Assembly (NCBI RefSeq): GCF_000011125.1
Contig: NC_000854.2
Coordinates: 870,001 to 902,000, forward strand
DNA length: 32,000 nt
Source: Aeropyrum pernix K1
GTDB lineage: Archaea; Thermoproteota; Thermoprotei_A; Sulfolobales; Acidilobaceae
Direction: 5' to 3'
The position numbers and the translations under genes were made by a program. How positions within the stretch are numbered: the first letter of the stretch is position 1; each line of letters starts with the position of its first letter. Below, one piece after another: positions 1 to 9,414 of this stretch. Under the pieces are notes generated by a model that was given only the letters and a program-made list of their open reading frames with translations, searched no databases and had not been told where the DNA came from.

Positions 1-1
1 T

Positions 2-1822
2 CTCCTGAGGAAGCCTATTAGCAGGGGGGAGACCATAATCGTACCTGTTCTCGAAGGCCTTCCCCTGGTCGTCGTCTCCACCCAGCCAGCCCACTTCGTC
101 TATGTGACGGAGGCTACCGAGGTTGAGATCAGGGAGAAGCCTGTTAGGGAAGAGATAGAGAGGCTGAGGGGTGTTCCCAAGGTAACGTGGGAGGATATAG
201 GCGATCTCGAGGAGGCTAAGGAGAGGATTAGGGAGATAGTGGAGCTCCCTATGAAGCACCCCGAGATATTCAAACACCTGGGCATCGAGCCTCCGAAGGG
301 TATTCTGCTGTATGGCCCGCCGGGCACCGGTAAGACGCTGCTGGCCAAGGCGTTGGCGAACGAGATTGGAGCCTACTTTATCTCCATCAACGGGCCGGAG
401 ATTATGAGCAAGTATTACGGCGAGAGCGAGCAGCGGCTCAGGGAGATCTTTAAGGAGGCGGAGGAGAACGCCCCCAGCATTATCTTCATCGACGAGATTG
501 ACGCGATAGCCCCGAAGAGGGAGGAGGTTACAGGGGAGGTTGAGAAGAGGGTTGTGGCACAGCTTCTCACACTCATGGATGGATTGAAGGAGAGGGGGAG
601 GGTTATAGTCATAGGCGCGACGAACAGGCCTGACGCCATAGACCCGGCTCTGAGGAGGCCTGGAAGGTTCGACAGGGAGATTGAGATACGGCCTCCCGAT
701 AAGAGGGCTAGAGCCGAGATTCTGAAGGTTCACACCCGGAACATGCCTCTCGCAGAGGACGTGGACCTTGACAAGCTAGCCGAGATGACCCATGGCTACA
801 CAGGAGCGGATCTCGCCGCTCTGGCGAAGGAGGCGGCCATGGCGGCTTTGAGAAGGTTCATACGGGAGGGGAAGATCAATTTTGAGGCCAAGGAGATTCC
901 GGCAACCGTCCTCAAGGAGCTGAAGGTGACGATGAAAGACTTCATGGAGGCTATGAAGATGATAAGGCCTACGCTTATAAGGGAGATCTACGTCGAGGTT
1001 CCCGAGGTTAGGTGGAGTGATATAGGCGGCCTCGAGGAGGCTAAACAGGCTCTTCGAGAAGCTGTTGAGTGGCCTCTGAAGCACCCCGAGATATTTGAGA
1101 AGATGGGTATTAGGCCTCCTAGGGGTGTTCTCTTGTTCGGGCCTCCGGGTACTGGTAAGACGCTTCTGGCCAAGGCTGTGGCTACTGAGAGTGGGGCGAA
1201 CTTCATAGCGGTGAGGGGCCCGGAGATACTCAGCAAGTGGGTAGGAGAAAGCGAAAGAGCTATTCGGAAGATCTTTGAGAGGGCCAGGCAGGCAGCCCCA
1301 GCCGTAGTGTTCTTCGACGAGATAGACGCCATAGCCCCTGCGAGGGGAGCTAGGTTCGACACCAGCGGTGTTACGGACAGAATTGTAAACCAAATGCTGG
1401 CTGAGATGGACGGGATACAGCCGCTCTCAAACGTCGTTGTCATAGGGGCGACGAACAGGCCTGACATACTGGACCCTGCACTACTGAGGCCAGGAAGGTT
1501 CGACAGGCTTATCTACGTGCCACCACCGGATAAGGAGGCTAGGAAGGAGATATTCAAGATACACACAAAAAAGGTGCCACTCGGAGAAGATGTTGACCTC
1601 GAGAAGCTCGCGGAGATGACGGAGGGCTACACAGGAGCCGATATAGAGGCGGTGGTTAGAGAGGCAGTTATGGCAAAACTTAGGGAGAAGCTAGAGGTCG
1701 GTAAAGTCGAAATGAGACACTTCCTAGAGGCGCTAAAGAAAGTGCCACCCAGTCTTACCAAGGAGGATATACTCCGGTATGAAAGGCTCGCAAAGGAGCT
1801 GAAGAAGCTGACGCTGGGATGA
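2..1822 (+). CDS. cdc48: CDC48/VCP-type AAA ATPase (two AAA domains), 5' truncated by window edge
   Basis: The frame is open from base 2, before the listed start at 104 ([48 protein letters not shown]). There are two Walker A motifs ([13 protein letters not shown]) and two Walker B motifs ([28 protein letters not shown]), plus two GATNRPD/RPGRFDR motifs. Confidence 0.97.
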   Translation, partial: LLRKPISRGETIIVPVLEGLPLVVVSTQPAHFVYVTEATEVEIREKPVREEIERLRGVPKVTWEDIGDLEEAKERIREIVELPMKHPEIFKHLGIEPPKGILLYGPPGTGKTLLAKALANEIGAYFISINGPEIMSKYYGESEQRLREIFKEAEENAPSIIFIDEIDAIAPKREEVTGEVEKRVVAQLLTLMDGLKERGRVIVIGATNRPDAIDPALRRPGRFDREIEIRPPDKRARAEILKVHTRNMPLAEDVDLDKLAEMTHGYTGADLAALAKEAAMAALRRFIREGKINFEAKEIPATVLKELKVTMKDFMEAMKMIRPTLIREIYVEVPEVRWSDIGGLEEAKQALREAVEWPLKHPEIFEKMGIRPPRGVLLFGPPGTGKTLLAKAVATESGANFIAVRGPEILSKWVGESERAIRKIFERARQAAPAVVFFDEIDAIAPARGARFDTSGVTDRIVNQMLAEMDGIQPLSNVVVIGATNRPDILDPALLRPGRFDRLIYVPPPDKEARKEIFKIHTKKVPLGEDVDLEKLAEMTEGYTGADIEAVVREAVMAKLREKLEVGKVEMRHFLEALKKVPPSLTKEDILRYERLAKELKKLTLG

Positions 1823-1995
1823 CGCCCCCCAGAATTCGATCCACCCTCCCTATTCCTAAGTTTTTGTGATTAGCTCTCTTCCCCTCATGTAGCCCCAAGT
1901 CTTTGCGCTACATATTTTAGCAGACTGCGCATGACTCCATCCCCTCTTTATGGAGGCTAGAGGCCGGGGATTGTCTGACAGCTGTTTGTAGTGTG

Positions 1996-2084
1996 TGGCG
2001 CCGGGGGCGGGATTCGAACCCGCGCGCCCCTCGCGGGGCAACGGGTCTCAAGCCCGCCGCCTTGGGCCGCTCGGCCACCCCGGC
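1996..2084 (-). tRNA. tRNA-Ser(TGA), CCA encoded
   Basis: Reverse strand reads GCCGGGG TG GCCGAGCGGCCCAAGGC G GCGGG CTTGAGA CCCGT + long variable arm TGCCCCGCGAGGGGC + GCGGG TTCGAAT CCCGC CCCCGGC G CCA. The acceptor stem pairs 7/7, the anticodon is TGA, and the long variable arm is typical of class II tRNA. Confidence 0.95.
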
Positions 2085-2277
2085 ACCCTCTAAATCTTAA
2101 CATATCCTGACGGAGTTAATAGAGTCTCGTGCGAACCTCTATATCTCCTCTAGCCTATATATGGAGAATGTCGGGCCCGGTGAGTGGAGCTCGCACTCTG
2201 AGCCGTGGGAATGAAGATGGCCTGTGTTGCCGAGGGCCCTTAGCCTGTGGTGATAGTTTTTACCGTTATGTGGAGGG

Positions 2278-2333
2278 ATGATGTTAACGAGGTAGTCTGA
2301 ATAGCTGGGCGTGTTGAGGTTATCCCCGGCTGA
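2278..2333 (+). ncRNA. Candidate C/D box sRNA (2'-O-methylation guide)
   Basis: Box C ATGATGT (2278-2284), 12-nt guide, D' CTGA (2297-2300), 10-nt spacer, C' GTGTTGA (2311-2317), 12-nt guide GGTTATCCCCGG (2318-2329), D CTGA (2330-2333). The D guide is complementary over 11 nt to the conserved 23S rRNA segment CCGGGGAUAAC. Confidence 0.75.
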
Positions 2334-2895
2334 CCATGTTAGGCTGGAGGTAGGTGCTGCGAGCTTGGATGAATCTTTTGGCATCGTCGAGAGGATTGTT
2401 CGGGCAGGGTGTGCTAAGGGCTGCTCGTGGTATGTAGTCGGGTCTGTGTATGTTAGGCCAGACAGGGTTTTCTCGAGGCTTGTTAAGGCTCTGGAGGATG
2501 AGGGGGCTCTGCTGCATTATGTTGATGAGGTTGAGAGGAGGATTGTCTTTAAAATAGGGTTTAGGGGTCTAGCTAAGCTCGCGGGGCTCATAGCTTTGTC
2601 GTCAAGGGCAGTCTCCCTCGAGCTTAAGGCTTCCTGCAGAATAGCCGGCTGGGCGGAGGCTCTCGAATGTATTATGGATAAGTACAGGGTATTCAAGCGT
2701 GATAGGGAATCCGGCACTGTGGTGGCATACGGTGTCGTGGGAGGCCGTATTGTCGAGGCTGAGGTCAAGGGAAGCCGGCTCCACCTTAAGATAGGGAGGA
2801 GGTTCGGAGGCTCTCTCCGCTCGGCCCCGCCCCAGGGCCTATTCAGGATGTCCCTAGAGGAGGTTCTAGAGCTGATGGGGCATGGTGGAGGCTAG
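2311..2895 (+). CDS. Conserved hypothetical protein, start uncertain (GTG 2311 overlaps the candidate sRNA)
   Basis: 194-aa ORF with crenarchaeal-like composition. It overlaps the next gene by 14 nt, suggesting translational coupling. An in-frame stop at 2302 limits upstream extension. Confidence 0.7.
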   Translation: MLRLSPADHVRLEVGAASLDESFGIVERIVRAGCAKGCSWYVVGSVYVRPDRVFSRLVKALEDEGALLHYVDEVERRIVFKIGFRGLAKLAGLIALSSRAVSLELKASCRIAGWAEALECIMDKYRVFKRDRESGTVVAYGVVGGRIVEAEVKGSRLHLKIGRRFGGSLRSAPPQGLFRMSLEEVLELMGHGGG

Positions 2896-4243
2896 CTTCG
2901 GCTATGAGGATTTCATAGTGAGGATGGCTACAGGCCTGCTCGTAGGAGCACTTATTGGTATTGAGAGGGAGAGGGCCCAGCTTGTTGGGAAGAGCGAGAA
3001 GTCGGGCAGCATACCGGGCTTCAGAAGCATGGGGTTCATGGGCCTCTACGGCAGCGCCACGGGATACGTAAGCTCCTACACAGCCTCCCAGTATGGGGTC
3101 GTGTTCGCGGCCCTAATAGCAGGCCTGGGCGCGGCAACGATAACGCTGTTGACTCTCCTCTTCGCATACACTAGAATGATAAGGCTAAGGGCAATGGGGT
3201 TCACCACATATGTGGTTATTCTTCTAACATTCGTTGCAGGCCTTATGAGTGGGATGGGCCTCATCCTAGAGGGGGTAGCGGTAGGTGTAATAGGGGGCCT
3301 TCTTCTAGCCTCAAAATATCCCGTGGTCAGGATGACCAGGTCGGTCAGCTACTCCGAGCTAATAGCCCTCATGGAGGTTGCCGCTCTCATACTAGTGCTA
3401 GGACCGGCGGTTTACTATGCGGGCGGCTATATACCCTTCATCGACGTTTTCCAGGTTTACATATTCTTCACCGCAATAGTTGCAGTAAGCTTCACAAGCT
3501 ACATTGCATCGAGAATCTGGGGGGTCAGAGGGTTTGTTACAAGCATAATTCTCGGTAGCATTGTAAACAGCGAGGCGGTGGTGGCCAGCATAGCCTCGAG
3601 GCGGGACATCGACCGGGGCGTTGTTTTCCAAGCAGTCGTAGCTGCTCTGAGTGTAATGCAGCTTAGAATAGCTGGGCTAGGCCTCCTAGCTTTACTAGTG
3701 GGGGGAGGTTTCCCCCAGGGGGAGGTAGTCCTCCACTTCAGGGACAACATCCTGCCCTGGCTTATACTCCTAGCACTTATGACTATAGCCTCAATAGTCG
3801 CTTGGGCGTCCACATTAGCATTGGAGAAGGTAGAGAACAAGGGGGTAATTCCGGGCACGCCGCTGCAGTGGGGTGTGGCGGTCAGGGGGGCTGTCGCGTT
3901 CTTACTGCTCACACTACTGTTCGACGCCGCTTCCAGGGCATTGTCAGGCTATACTGGCAACATCGCATTCCTAACACTGTCAATAATAGGGGGCTTTATA
4001 AGCGCCAACGCAACTCTACTCTCCCTCGCAGGCCTGCTAACGAGGCTCGGAGCCGACACTTTCACGGTAGGAATTCTGGGTATAGCGCTGGGGGCCACCT
4101 TTAACAAGATACTCTACACGAGGGCTGTCGGAGCACCCCCCGAGACGGTAAAGGAGATTACCAAGGCCACCGCCTTGATGAGCCTGCTACCAGTCTTCTT
4201 CCTAATCTTATTCTGGTTGCTGCTGCAAACCCCGACAGGCTAA
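2882..4243 (+). CDS. MgtC/SapB family membrane protein with DUF4010-like C-terminal region
   Basis: 453 aa with many TM segments. N-terminal motif RMATGLLVGALIGIERERAQ is typical of the MgtC/SapB family. Confidence 0.82.
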   Translation: MVEASFGYEDFIVRMATGLLVGALIGIERERAQLVGKSEKSGSIPGFRSMGFMGLYGSATGYVSSYTASQYGVVFAALIAGLGAATITLLTLLFAYTRMIRLRAMGFTTYVVILLTFVAGLMSGMGLILEGVAVGVIGGLLLASKYPVVRMTRSVSYSELIALMEVAALILVLGPAVYYAGGYIPFIDVFQVYIFFTAIVAVSFTSYIASRIWGVRGFVTSIILGSIVNSEAVVASIASRRDIDRGVVFQAVVAALSVMQLRIAGLGLLALLVGGGFPQGEVVLHFRDNILPWLILLALMTIASIVAWASTLALEKVENKGVIPGTPLQWGVAVRGAVAFLLLTLLFDAASRALSGYTGNIAFLTLSIIGGFISANATLLSLAGLLTRLGADTFTVGILGIALGATFNKILYTRAVGAPPETVKEITKATALMSLLPVFFLILFWLLLQTPTG

Positions 4244-4301
4244 ATCTCCCACTCCTGCATCCTCAAAACTCTCGCTCCCCAAAGAATATCTCGGGTGTTG
4301 A

Positions 4302-4568
4302 TTGATGCCGCAGAGGGGCTTTATCAGGGTTAAGGATGGAGTGAATCCTGAGGACCTAGCTATCACTCTGGTTGTAGAATGCAAGGAGCGGGGAAGGGTA
4401 AGGCTCAGGGCCGTGGGCAGCGAGGTATGCACACTCTTCGAATCTCTTAGGATAGCACAGGAAACTTTGGGAAGGCAACTCAAGATACAAATTTTAGACA
4501 TTAAACCGAACTTCTCCGGCCCCACTAGAGAAACGGAGATTGTCGTTGAAGCTTCGCTGGATGAATAG
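4302..4568 (+). CDS. Small hypothetical protein
   Basis: 88-aa ORF with alternating beta/alpha-like pattern. It sits in an otherwise uncovered gap, and no family was recognised with confidence. Confidence 0.45.
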   Translation: MMPQRGFIRVKDGVNPEDLAITLVVECKERGRVRLRAVGSEVCTLFESLRIAQETLGRQLKIQILDIKPNFSGPTRETEIVVEASLDE

Positions 4569-4764
4569 CGTTTCCAAATCCTACCCCGGCGGCCCCCACC
4601 CAAGCTCCTAGACCCGGAAGTCAACTATTGAAGAGCGGGGGCTCAGCAGTCTTCCTTAGCACCTCGGTATTACACACCCTTCTACCACTCAATCCCGAGG
4701 CTCCTTTAGTCTGATCGGTGCCGGATTGGGGGTTTAGGCTAGCTGTAGCTGCGACCCCTCTCCG

Positions 4765-7700
4765 ATGATGGGTGGGGTAGCTGTAATGCCGGGCGGCGTC
4801 AACGCTGTATATATGGGTCTCTGCTACAACTGCGGAGGCAATATAGATGAGGATAGGCTAGAGAAGGGTCTACCCTGTGCTAGATGCCTCCCCTCGCCTC
4901 CACGCAGGGCCACGCCCCTCACAGTCTACAGAGCCCTTAAGAAGGCGGGCACCCTGGGGGCGTACTCGTGGGAGTACCTGAGTATTAGGGAGGTAGAGAG
5001 GTTTGAAGCGTACTTTGCGGCGAAGAGTGGGAGCCGCCTCTGGTCAGCTCAGAGGAGCTGGGCCAAGAGGCTGGTTAAGGGAGATAGCTTCGCGATAATA
5101 GCCCCCACGGGCGTTGGAAAAAGCACGCTTCTCACCGTTTACGCGGCCTACGTAGCTGCCGTCAAGAGGGGGCGCGTCCTATACCTGGTCCCCACGGAGA
5201 ACCTTGTCCGCCAGGTTTACGCCAAGCTAGACCAGGTCGAGCCGGGGATAGCTACTGCCTACTATTCTCGAATGCCGGCGAAGGCGAGAGAGTCGAGTCT
5301 CGAGAAGATCGCTAGCGGTGGGGCGAGGCTAATCGTTGCAACAACAGGCTTCTTATCTCGCCGGTTCGACCTCCTACACCCCCAGTACAAGTTCGATCTG
5401 GCCATAGTGGACGATGTTGACAGCCTCCTCAGGAACAGTAGAAACGTTGAGCGGATACTCCTTCTAACAGGATTCTCTGAGGAGACGGTTGAAGCTGCCC
5501 ACAGCCTTGTCAAAGCAAGGCTGAAGCTCTACCGAGCCCTACACAGCGGGGCTAGCGAGTCTATCGTCTCGAGGCTTGAACAGGAGATAGCGCAGCTGGA
5601 GGCCCGGCTCAGGCTGAGCCTCTCTGAAGCTTCTCCCGGTCAGCTGGTTATAGCCAGTGCCACGGGGAGGCCTAGGGGGGTTAAACATCTTCTGTTCAAG
5701 GAGTTGCTGGGGTTTGAGGTGGGCGGTGGAAGCGACTATCTGAGGAACATAGTTGACGCTTACGTCGTTGACAGTGATCCTGTAGGGAGAACCGCGGAGA
5801 TTGTGTCAGCACTCGGAGACGGTGTCATAGTGTTTGTTAGCCAGAGGCTGGGTAAGGACGTTGCCAGGGCTATAGCGGGCAGGCTAGAGGGGATGGGCGT
5901 CTCAACAGCCCTAGCTCTAACCGGGGCTAGGCGGCCGGTGGAGGCTTTTGCAAGGGGCGAAGCCCGGGTTCTCATAGGAATGGCTAGCCGGTACGGAGTT
6001 ATAGTCAGGGGCCTCGACCTCCCGGAGAGGTCGAAATACGCGGTCTTCCTGGGAGCACCCTCGGCAAAGACGCATCTCCTCGAGGCCCTCTACTCCCCTA
6101 GGAGGATGCTAGCCTTCCTATCCATAGCCCAGGAGAAGGGGGTTGAGTGGGCTGGCGAGGCCTTTAGGAGGCTCTCACGCCTTTTAGAGAAGGTTATCGA
6201 CACTAGCATAGTATCACTTGCAGCCCGGGGAAAGCTGGAGGCTCAGGGGCCGGCTGGCGAGGCTGCCGGGATAATTAGTGAGACGGCGCCCAGGCTTGTA
6301 GATTGGCTGGTCGCGGAGGCCAGGCTCCAGGGTGGTCTACTGAGGGTGGGCGGGCTGGTGGTTGACGCTAGAGGCCCCATTCCCTACCTTGTAGTGCCCG
6401 ATGCTCCAACCTATATCCAGGCCTCAGGCAGGGTTAGCAGGCTGTATAGGGGTGTTATGACGAGGGGGCTGAGTATAGTTGTCGACGAGGCTCCGGAGTA
6501 CGTGGAGGCTTTGGGCGAGAGGCTCAAGTGGACGACTAGCTCCCGACTCCGGCCTCTCAGCGAGGTGGACATGGAGAAGCTCAGGAGGGAGATAGAGGAG
6601 TCGAGGAGGGGGAAGGGCAGGAGGGTTAGGGTGAAGACGACTCTCCTGGTCGTCGAGTCTCCCACGAAGGCCAGAACCATAGCCTGGTTCTGGGGTAGGC
6701 CGGGCAAGAGGAGGATTGGCCGCAGCGTAATCTATGAGGCCAGCGTGAGCGATCCCGAGACCGGGGACGTCCATATACTCCAGATAACGAGCACGAGGGG
6801 CCACTTAACCGATTTGACTACAGACAGCGTGGGCAGCAAGTATGGTGTTGATGAGGATGGAGGCGGGTACAGGGCCTACTACTCAACTATAAAACGCTGT
6901 CTCGACTGCGGAGCCCAGCACACATCATCCTCCCCCTTCTGCCCACGCTGCGGCAGCCCGAGGCAGGTTGACTCTAAGAGCGTTGTAGAGATACTCAGGA
7001 AGCTTGCGAGCGAAGTGGATGAGATAGTGATAGCAACAGACCCCGACAGGGAGGGGGAGAAGATTGCATGGGACGTGTTCCTTGCAGTCAGGCCTTACAA
7101 CCCCAACGTCAGGAGAGGCAGGTTCCACGAGGTCACACCAAGAGCAGTTATAGAGGCTCTGAGGAGCGGGGAAAGCGTGGAAAAGAGCCTTATAGAGGCT
7201 CAGAAGGTCAGGAGGATAGTAGACAGGTGGATAGGATTCCACCTGTCCACACACCTCAAGCTTAAGTTCTCTAAGCCCTGGCTTGGCGCGGGAAGAGTCC
7301 AGACTCCAGTGCTGGGGTGGATAGTTGATAGGTACCGTGAGTGGCAGGACACTAGAGGATACCTGGTGATATTCAAACTGTCCTCTGGAGGGAGGACCTC
7401 GTACTTCACCCAAAATCGGCTGGAGGTCGAGAACCTTAAAAGGGTGGAGTGGCTGGAGGTCGTCGACATTGCTGGGAAGACGGAAGAGAGAAACCCGCCG
7501 CCCCCCTACACGACGGACGAGTACCTATACGACGCGAGTAGAAAACTCGGTCTAAGCGCGGGGCTGGCGATGAAGATAGCCCAGGACCTCTTCGAGTCGG
7601 GACTCATCACGTACCATAGGACAGACTCTACCAGGGTCAGCCCCACTGGTGTCAAGCTTGCACTCGAGTACCTTGCCTCCAGGGGTCTTGAGGGCGAAGC

Positions 7701-8433
7701 CCAGCCCCGAGGATGGGGTGAGGGGGGCGCCCACGAGGCTATAAGGCCTGTCAGGCCTATCGACGCCCAGGATCTCGAGAGGGCTGTCCTATCAGGCTCC
7801 ATAAGAATTCCGATCAGGCTTACTAGACTCCACATCAGGGTCTACGACATGATATTCAGGAGGTTTATAGCAAGCCAGATGAAGCCAGCCACTCTCGATA
7901 TTGTCGAGGCTACTCTCCAGGCTGGGGAGACGGTGTTTAACCATGCGGGCGTAGCCAGGGTGAGGGGAGGATATGCCCTTGTGAACCCGCCCCGCGTTGA
8001 GGAGTGGCTGGCCCGCCTGTCTCCCGGTGATAGGATCGATGTGGAGGATGTTCTGGTTGTGAAGTCCAGCCTGAAGAGGCTATACAGGGCTGGCGATATA
8101 GTCAAGATGATGAGGGAGCATGGCATAGGGAGGCCGAGCACCTACGCGAAGGCTATAGAGCAGAACAGGAGGCACGGGTATGTGATCGAGAGTAAGAAGA
8201 TGAGATACCTCATACCAACAAAAACTGGTGTGTCAATCTACGACTACCTATCCAACGGATTCAAGAAGCTGGTATCGGTTGACACGACTAGGAGGCTTGA
8301 GGAGGCTCTGGAGAGGGTTGAAAAGGGTGTTGAGAAGCCTGAGGCCGTGCTAGCCAGCGTGTGGAGGATGGTGGACGAGGCTGTCAGCCTACACGCTGCA
8401 ACCGGAGATGTAATGGGCCAGTCTGAGGCTTAA
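4765..8433 (+). CDS. rgy: Reverse gyrase (SF2 helicase + type IA topoisomerase fusion)
   Basis: 1222 aa. N-terminal Cys4 zinc finger (CYNCGG...CARC), Walker A IIAPTGVGKST, VDDVD motif, topoisomerase VVESPTKARTIAWFWGRPGKR, second Cys4 finger (CLDCGAQ...CPRCGSP), TDPDREGEKIAWD, and catalytic Tyr region LITYHRTDSTRVS. Confidence 0.97.
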   Translation: MMGGVAVMPGGVNAVYMGLCYNCGGNIDEDRLEKGLPCARCLPSPPRRATPLTVYRALKKAGTLGAYSWEYLSIREVERFEAYFAAKSGSRLWSAQRSWAKRLVKGDSFAIIAPTGVGKSTLLTVYAAYVAAVKRGRVLYLVPTENLVRQVYAKLDQVEPGIATAYYSRMPAKARESSLEKIASGGARLIVATTGFLSRRFDLLHPQYKFDLAIVDDVDSLLRNSRNVERILLLTGFSEETVEAAHSLVKARLKLYRALHSGASESIVSRLEQEIAQLEARLRLSLSEASPGQLVIASATGRPRGVKHLLFKELLGFEVGGGSDYLRNIVDAYVVDSDPVGRTAEIVSALGDGVIVFVSQRLGKDVARAIAGRLEGMGVSTALALTGARRPVEAFARGEARVLIGMASRYGVIVRGLDLPERSKYAVFLGAPSAKTHLLEALYSPRRMLAFLSIAQEKGVEWAGEAFRRLSRLLEKVIDTSIVSLAARGKLEAQGPAGEAAGIISETAPRLVDWLVAEARLQGGLLRVGGLVVDARGPIPYLVVPDAPTYIQASGRVSRLYRGVMTRGLSIVVDEAPEYVEALGERLKWTTSSRLRPLSEVDMEKLRREIEESRRGKGRRVRVKTTLLVVESPTKARTIAWFWGRPGKRRIGRSVIYEASVSDPETGDVHILQITSTRGHLTDLTTDSVGSKYGVDEDGGGYRAYYSTIKRCLDCGAQHTSSSPFCPRCGSPRQVDSKSVVEILRKLASEVDEIVIATDPDREGEKIAWDVFLAVRPYNPNVRRGRFHEVTPRAVIEALRSGESVEKSLIEAQKVRRIVDRWIGFHLSTHLKLKFSKPWLGAGRVQTPVLGWIVDRYREWQDTRGYLVIFKLSSGGRTSYFTQNRLEVENLKRVEWLEVVDIAGKTEERNPPPPYTTDEYLYDASRKLGLSAGLAMKIAQDLFESGLITYHRTDSTRVSPTGVKLALEYLASRGLEGEAQPRGWGEGGAHEAIRPVRPIDAQDLERAVLSGSIRIPIRLTRLHIRVYDMIFRRFIASQMKPATLDIVEATLQAGETVFNHAGVARVRGGYALVNPPRVEEWLARLSPGDRIDVEDVLVVKSSLKRLYRAGDIVKMMREHGIGRPSTYAKAIEQNRRHGYVIESKKMRYLIPTKTGVSIYDYLSNGFKKLVSVDTTRRLEEALERVEKGVEKPEAVLASVWRMVDEAVSLHAATGDVMGQSEA

Positions 8434-8463
8434 TACCACGGCCAGCAAACTCGGGAAAAACTG

Positions 8464-9414
8464 GTGCCTCCCCTATTGGGGTTCGAAGTCAACGCCTCAG
8501 CCCTCTCCAAAAGGTTTGGGCAGCGCTATGCATACCGAAACGTGGAATTCACTTTCACATCAGGCATACTAGGCGTGCTTGGACCGAATGGGGCTGGTAA
8601 GACCACCCTGCTCAAGACAATATTGGGATTAGTGAAGCCCAGTGCCGGAGAGATATTGGTGGAAGGTGTAAACCCCCGTAGCCCCGGGTTCGAGAAGCTT
8701 TTGCCGAGGATAGGATACGTGCCAGAACTGCCTGTAGTTCCTCTCTGGACGACCCCCTGCATCCTCCTCGAAACCCTTGCCAGGCTAGAAGGGTACACGA
8801 GTGTGGAGGCTAGGGTGAGGGCGAGAGAGGCTCTGGAGGTTGTCGGGCTTGCGGGCGAGTGTGAGACACCGATAGGAAAGTTAAGCAAGGGTGCTAGGAA
8901 GAGGGTGCTGGTGGCCCAGGCGTTTATAGGCGAGAGGGAGCTCCTTGTTCTCGACGAGCCTTACAGCGGGCTGGACCCCGAGTGGGTATATAGGGTTAGA
9001 GAGCTTCTGAGGACGGTGGCTAGAGAGGGTGCTACGGTCATAGTATCCAGCCACATTCTAAGGGAGCTGGAGGATATAGCCACCCATGTTCTAGTCCTCA
9101 AAACAGACCAGCTATTCTACGGGAGCATTGAAGAGCTCAGGGCTTGGCTCTCGGGCACTCCCCGGATCATACTTTCGGTGGCGGAGCCTGAGAGGGCTGT
9201 TGAGGTCCTAAGACGCGGAGGCTTCAACGCCTACACCATTAATAAGGGAGGCCAGTTAGTGGTAGCTGTGGAGGGGGCTGACGACCCGGCCAGGGTGCTT
9301 AGCCTGCTGCTCGCCGAGAATATCGAAATTAGTGAGTATAGGGTGGAAAAGGCGAGTCTCGAGGAGGCTTACCTAAAGCTGGTGGGTGCAGGCGATGGCC
9401 TGGGAGGAGGCTAA
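8464..9414 (+). CDS. ABC transporter ATP-binding protein
   Basis: 316 aa. Walker A GPNGAGKTTLLKT, signature LSKGARKRVLVAQAF, Walker B LLVLDEPYSGLDPEW, H-loop SSH. Confidence 0.95.
   Translation: MPPLLGFEVNASALSKRFGQRYAYRNVEFTFTSGILGVLGPNGAGKTTLLKTILGLVKPSAGEILVEGVNPRSPGFEKLLPRIGYVPELPVVPLWTTPCILLETLARLEGYTSVEARVRAREALEVVGLAGECETPIGKLSKGARKRVLVAQAFIGERELLVLDEPYSGLDPEWVYRVRELLRTVAREGATVIVSSHILRELEDIATHVLVLKTDQLFYGSIEELRAWLSGTPRIILSVAEPERAVEVLRRGGFNAYTINKGGQLVVAVEGADDPARVLSLLLAENIEISEYRVEKASLEEAYLKLVGAGDGLGGG

Noticed and set aside
776-1393. 205-aa minus-strand ORF
   Set aside because: It lies antisense inside the CDC48 AAA domains and has no recognisable motif.
3802-4104. 100-aa plus-strand ORF inside the MgtC-family gene
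   Set aside because: It is out of frame with a convincing membrane-protein CDS, is low-complexity and Arg-rich, and has no independent support.
4750-4790. GATGATGG sequence just before reverse gyrase as a possible C box
   Set aside because: No CTGA follows at a 10-14 nt spacing and there is no C'/D pair, so it does not meet C/D sRNA architecture.
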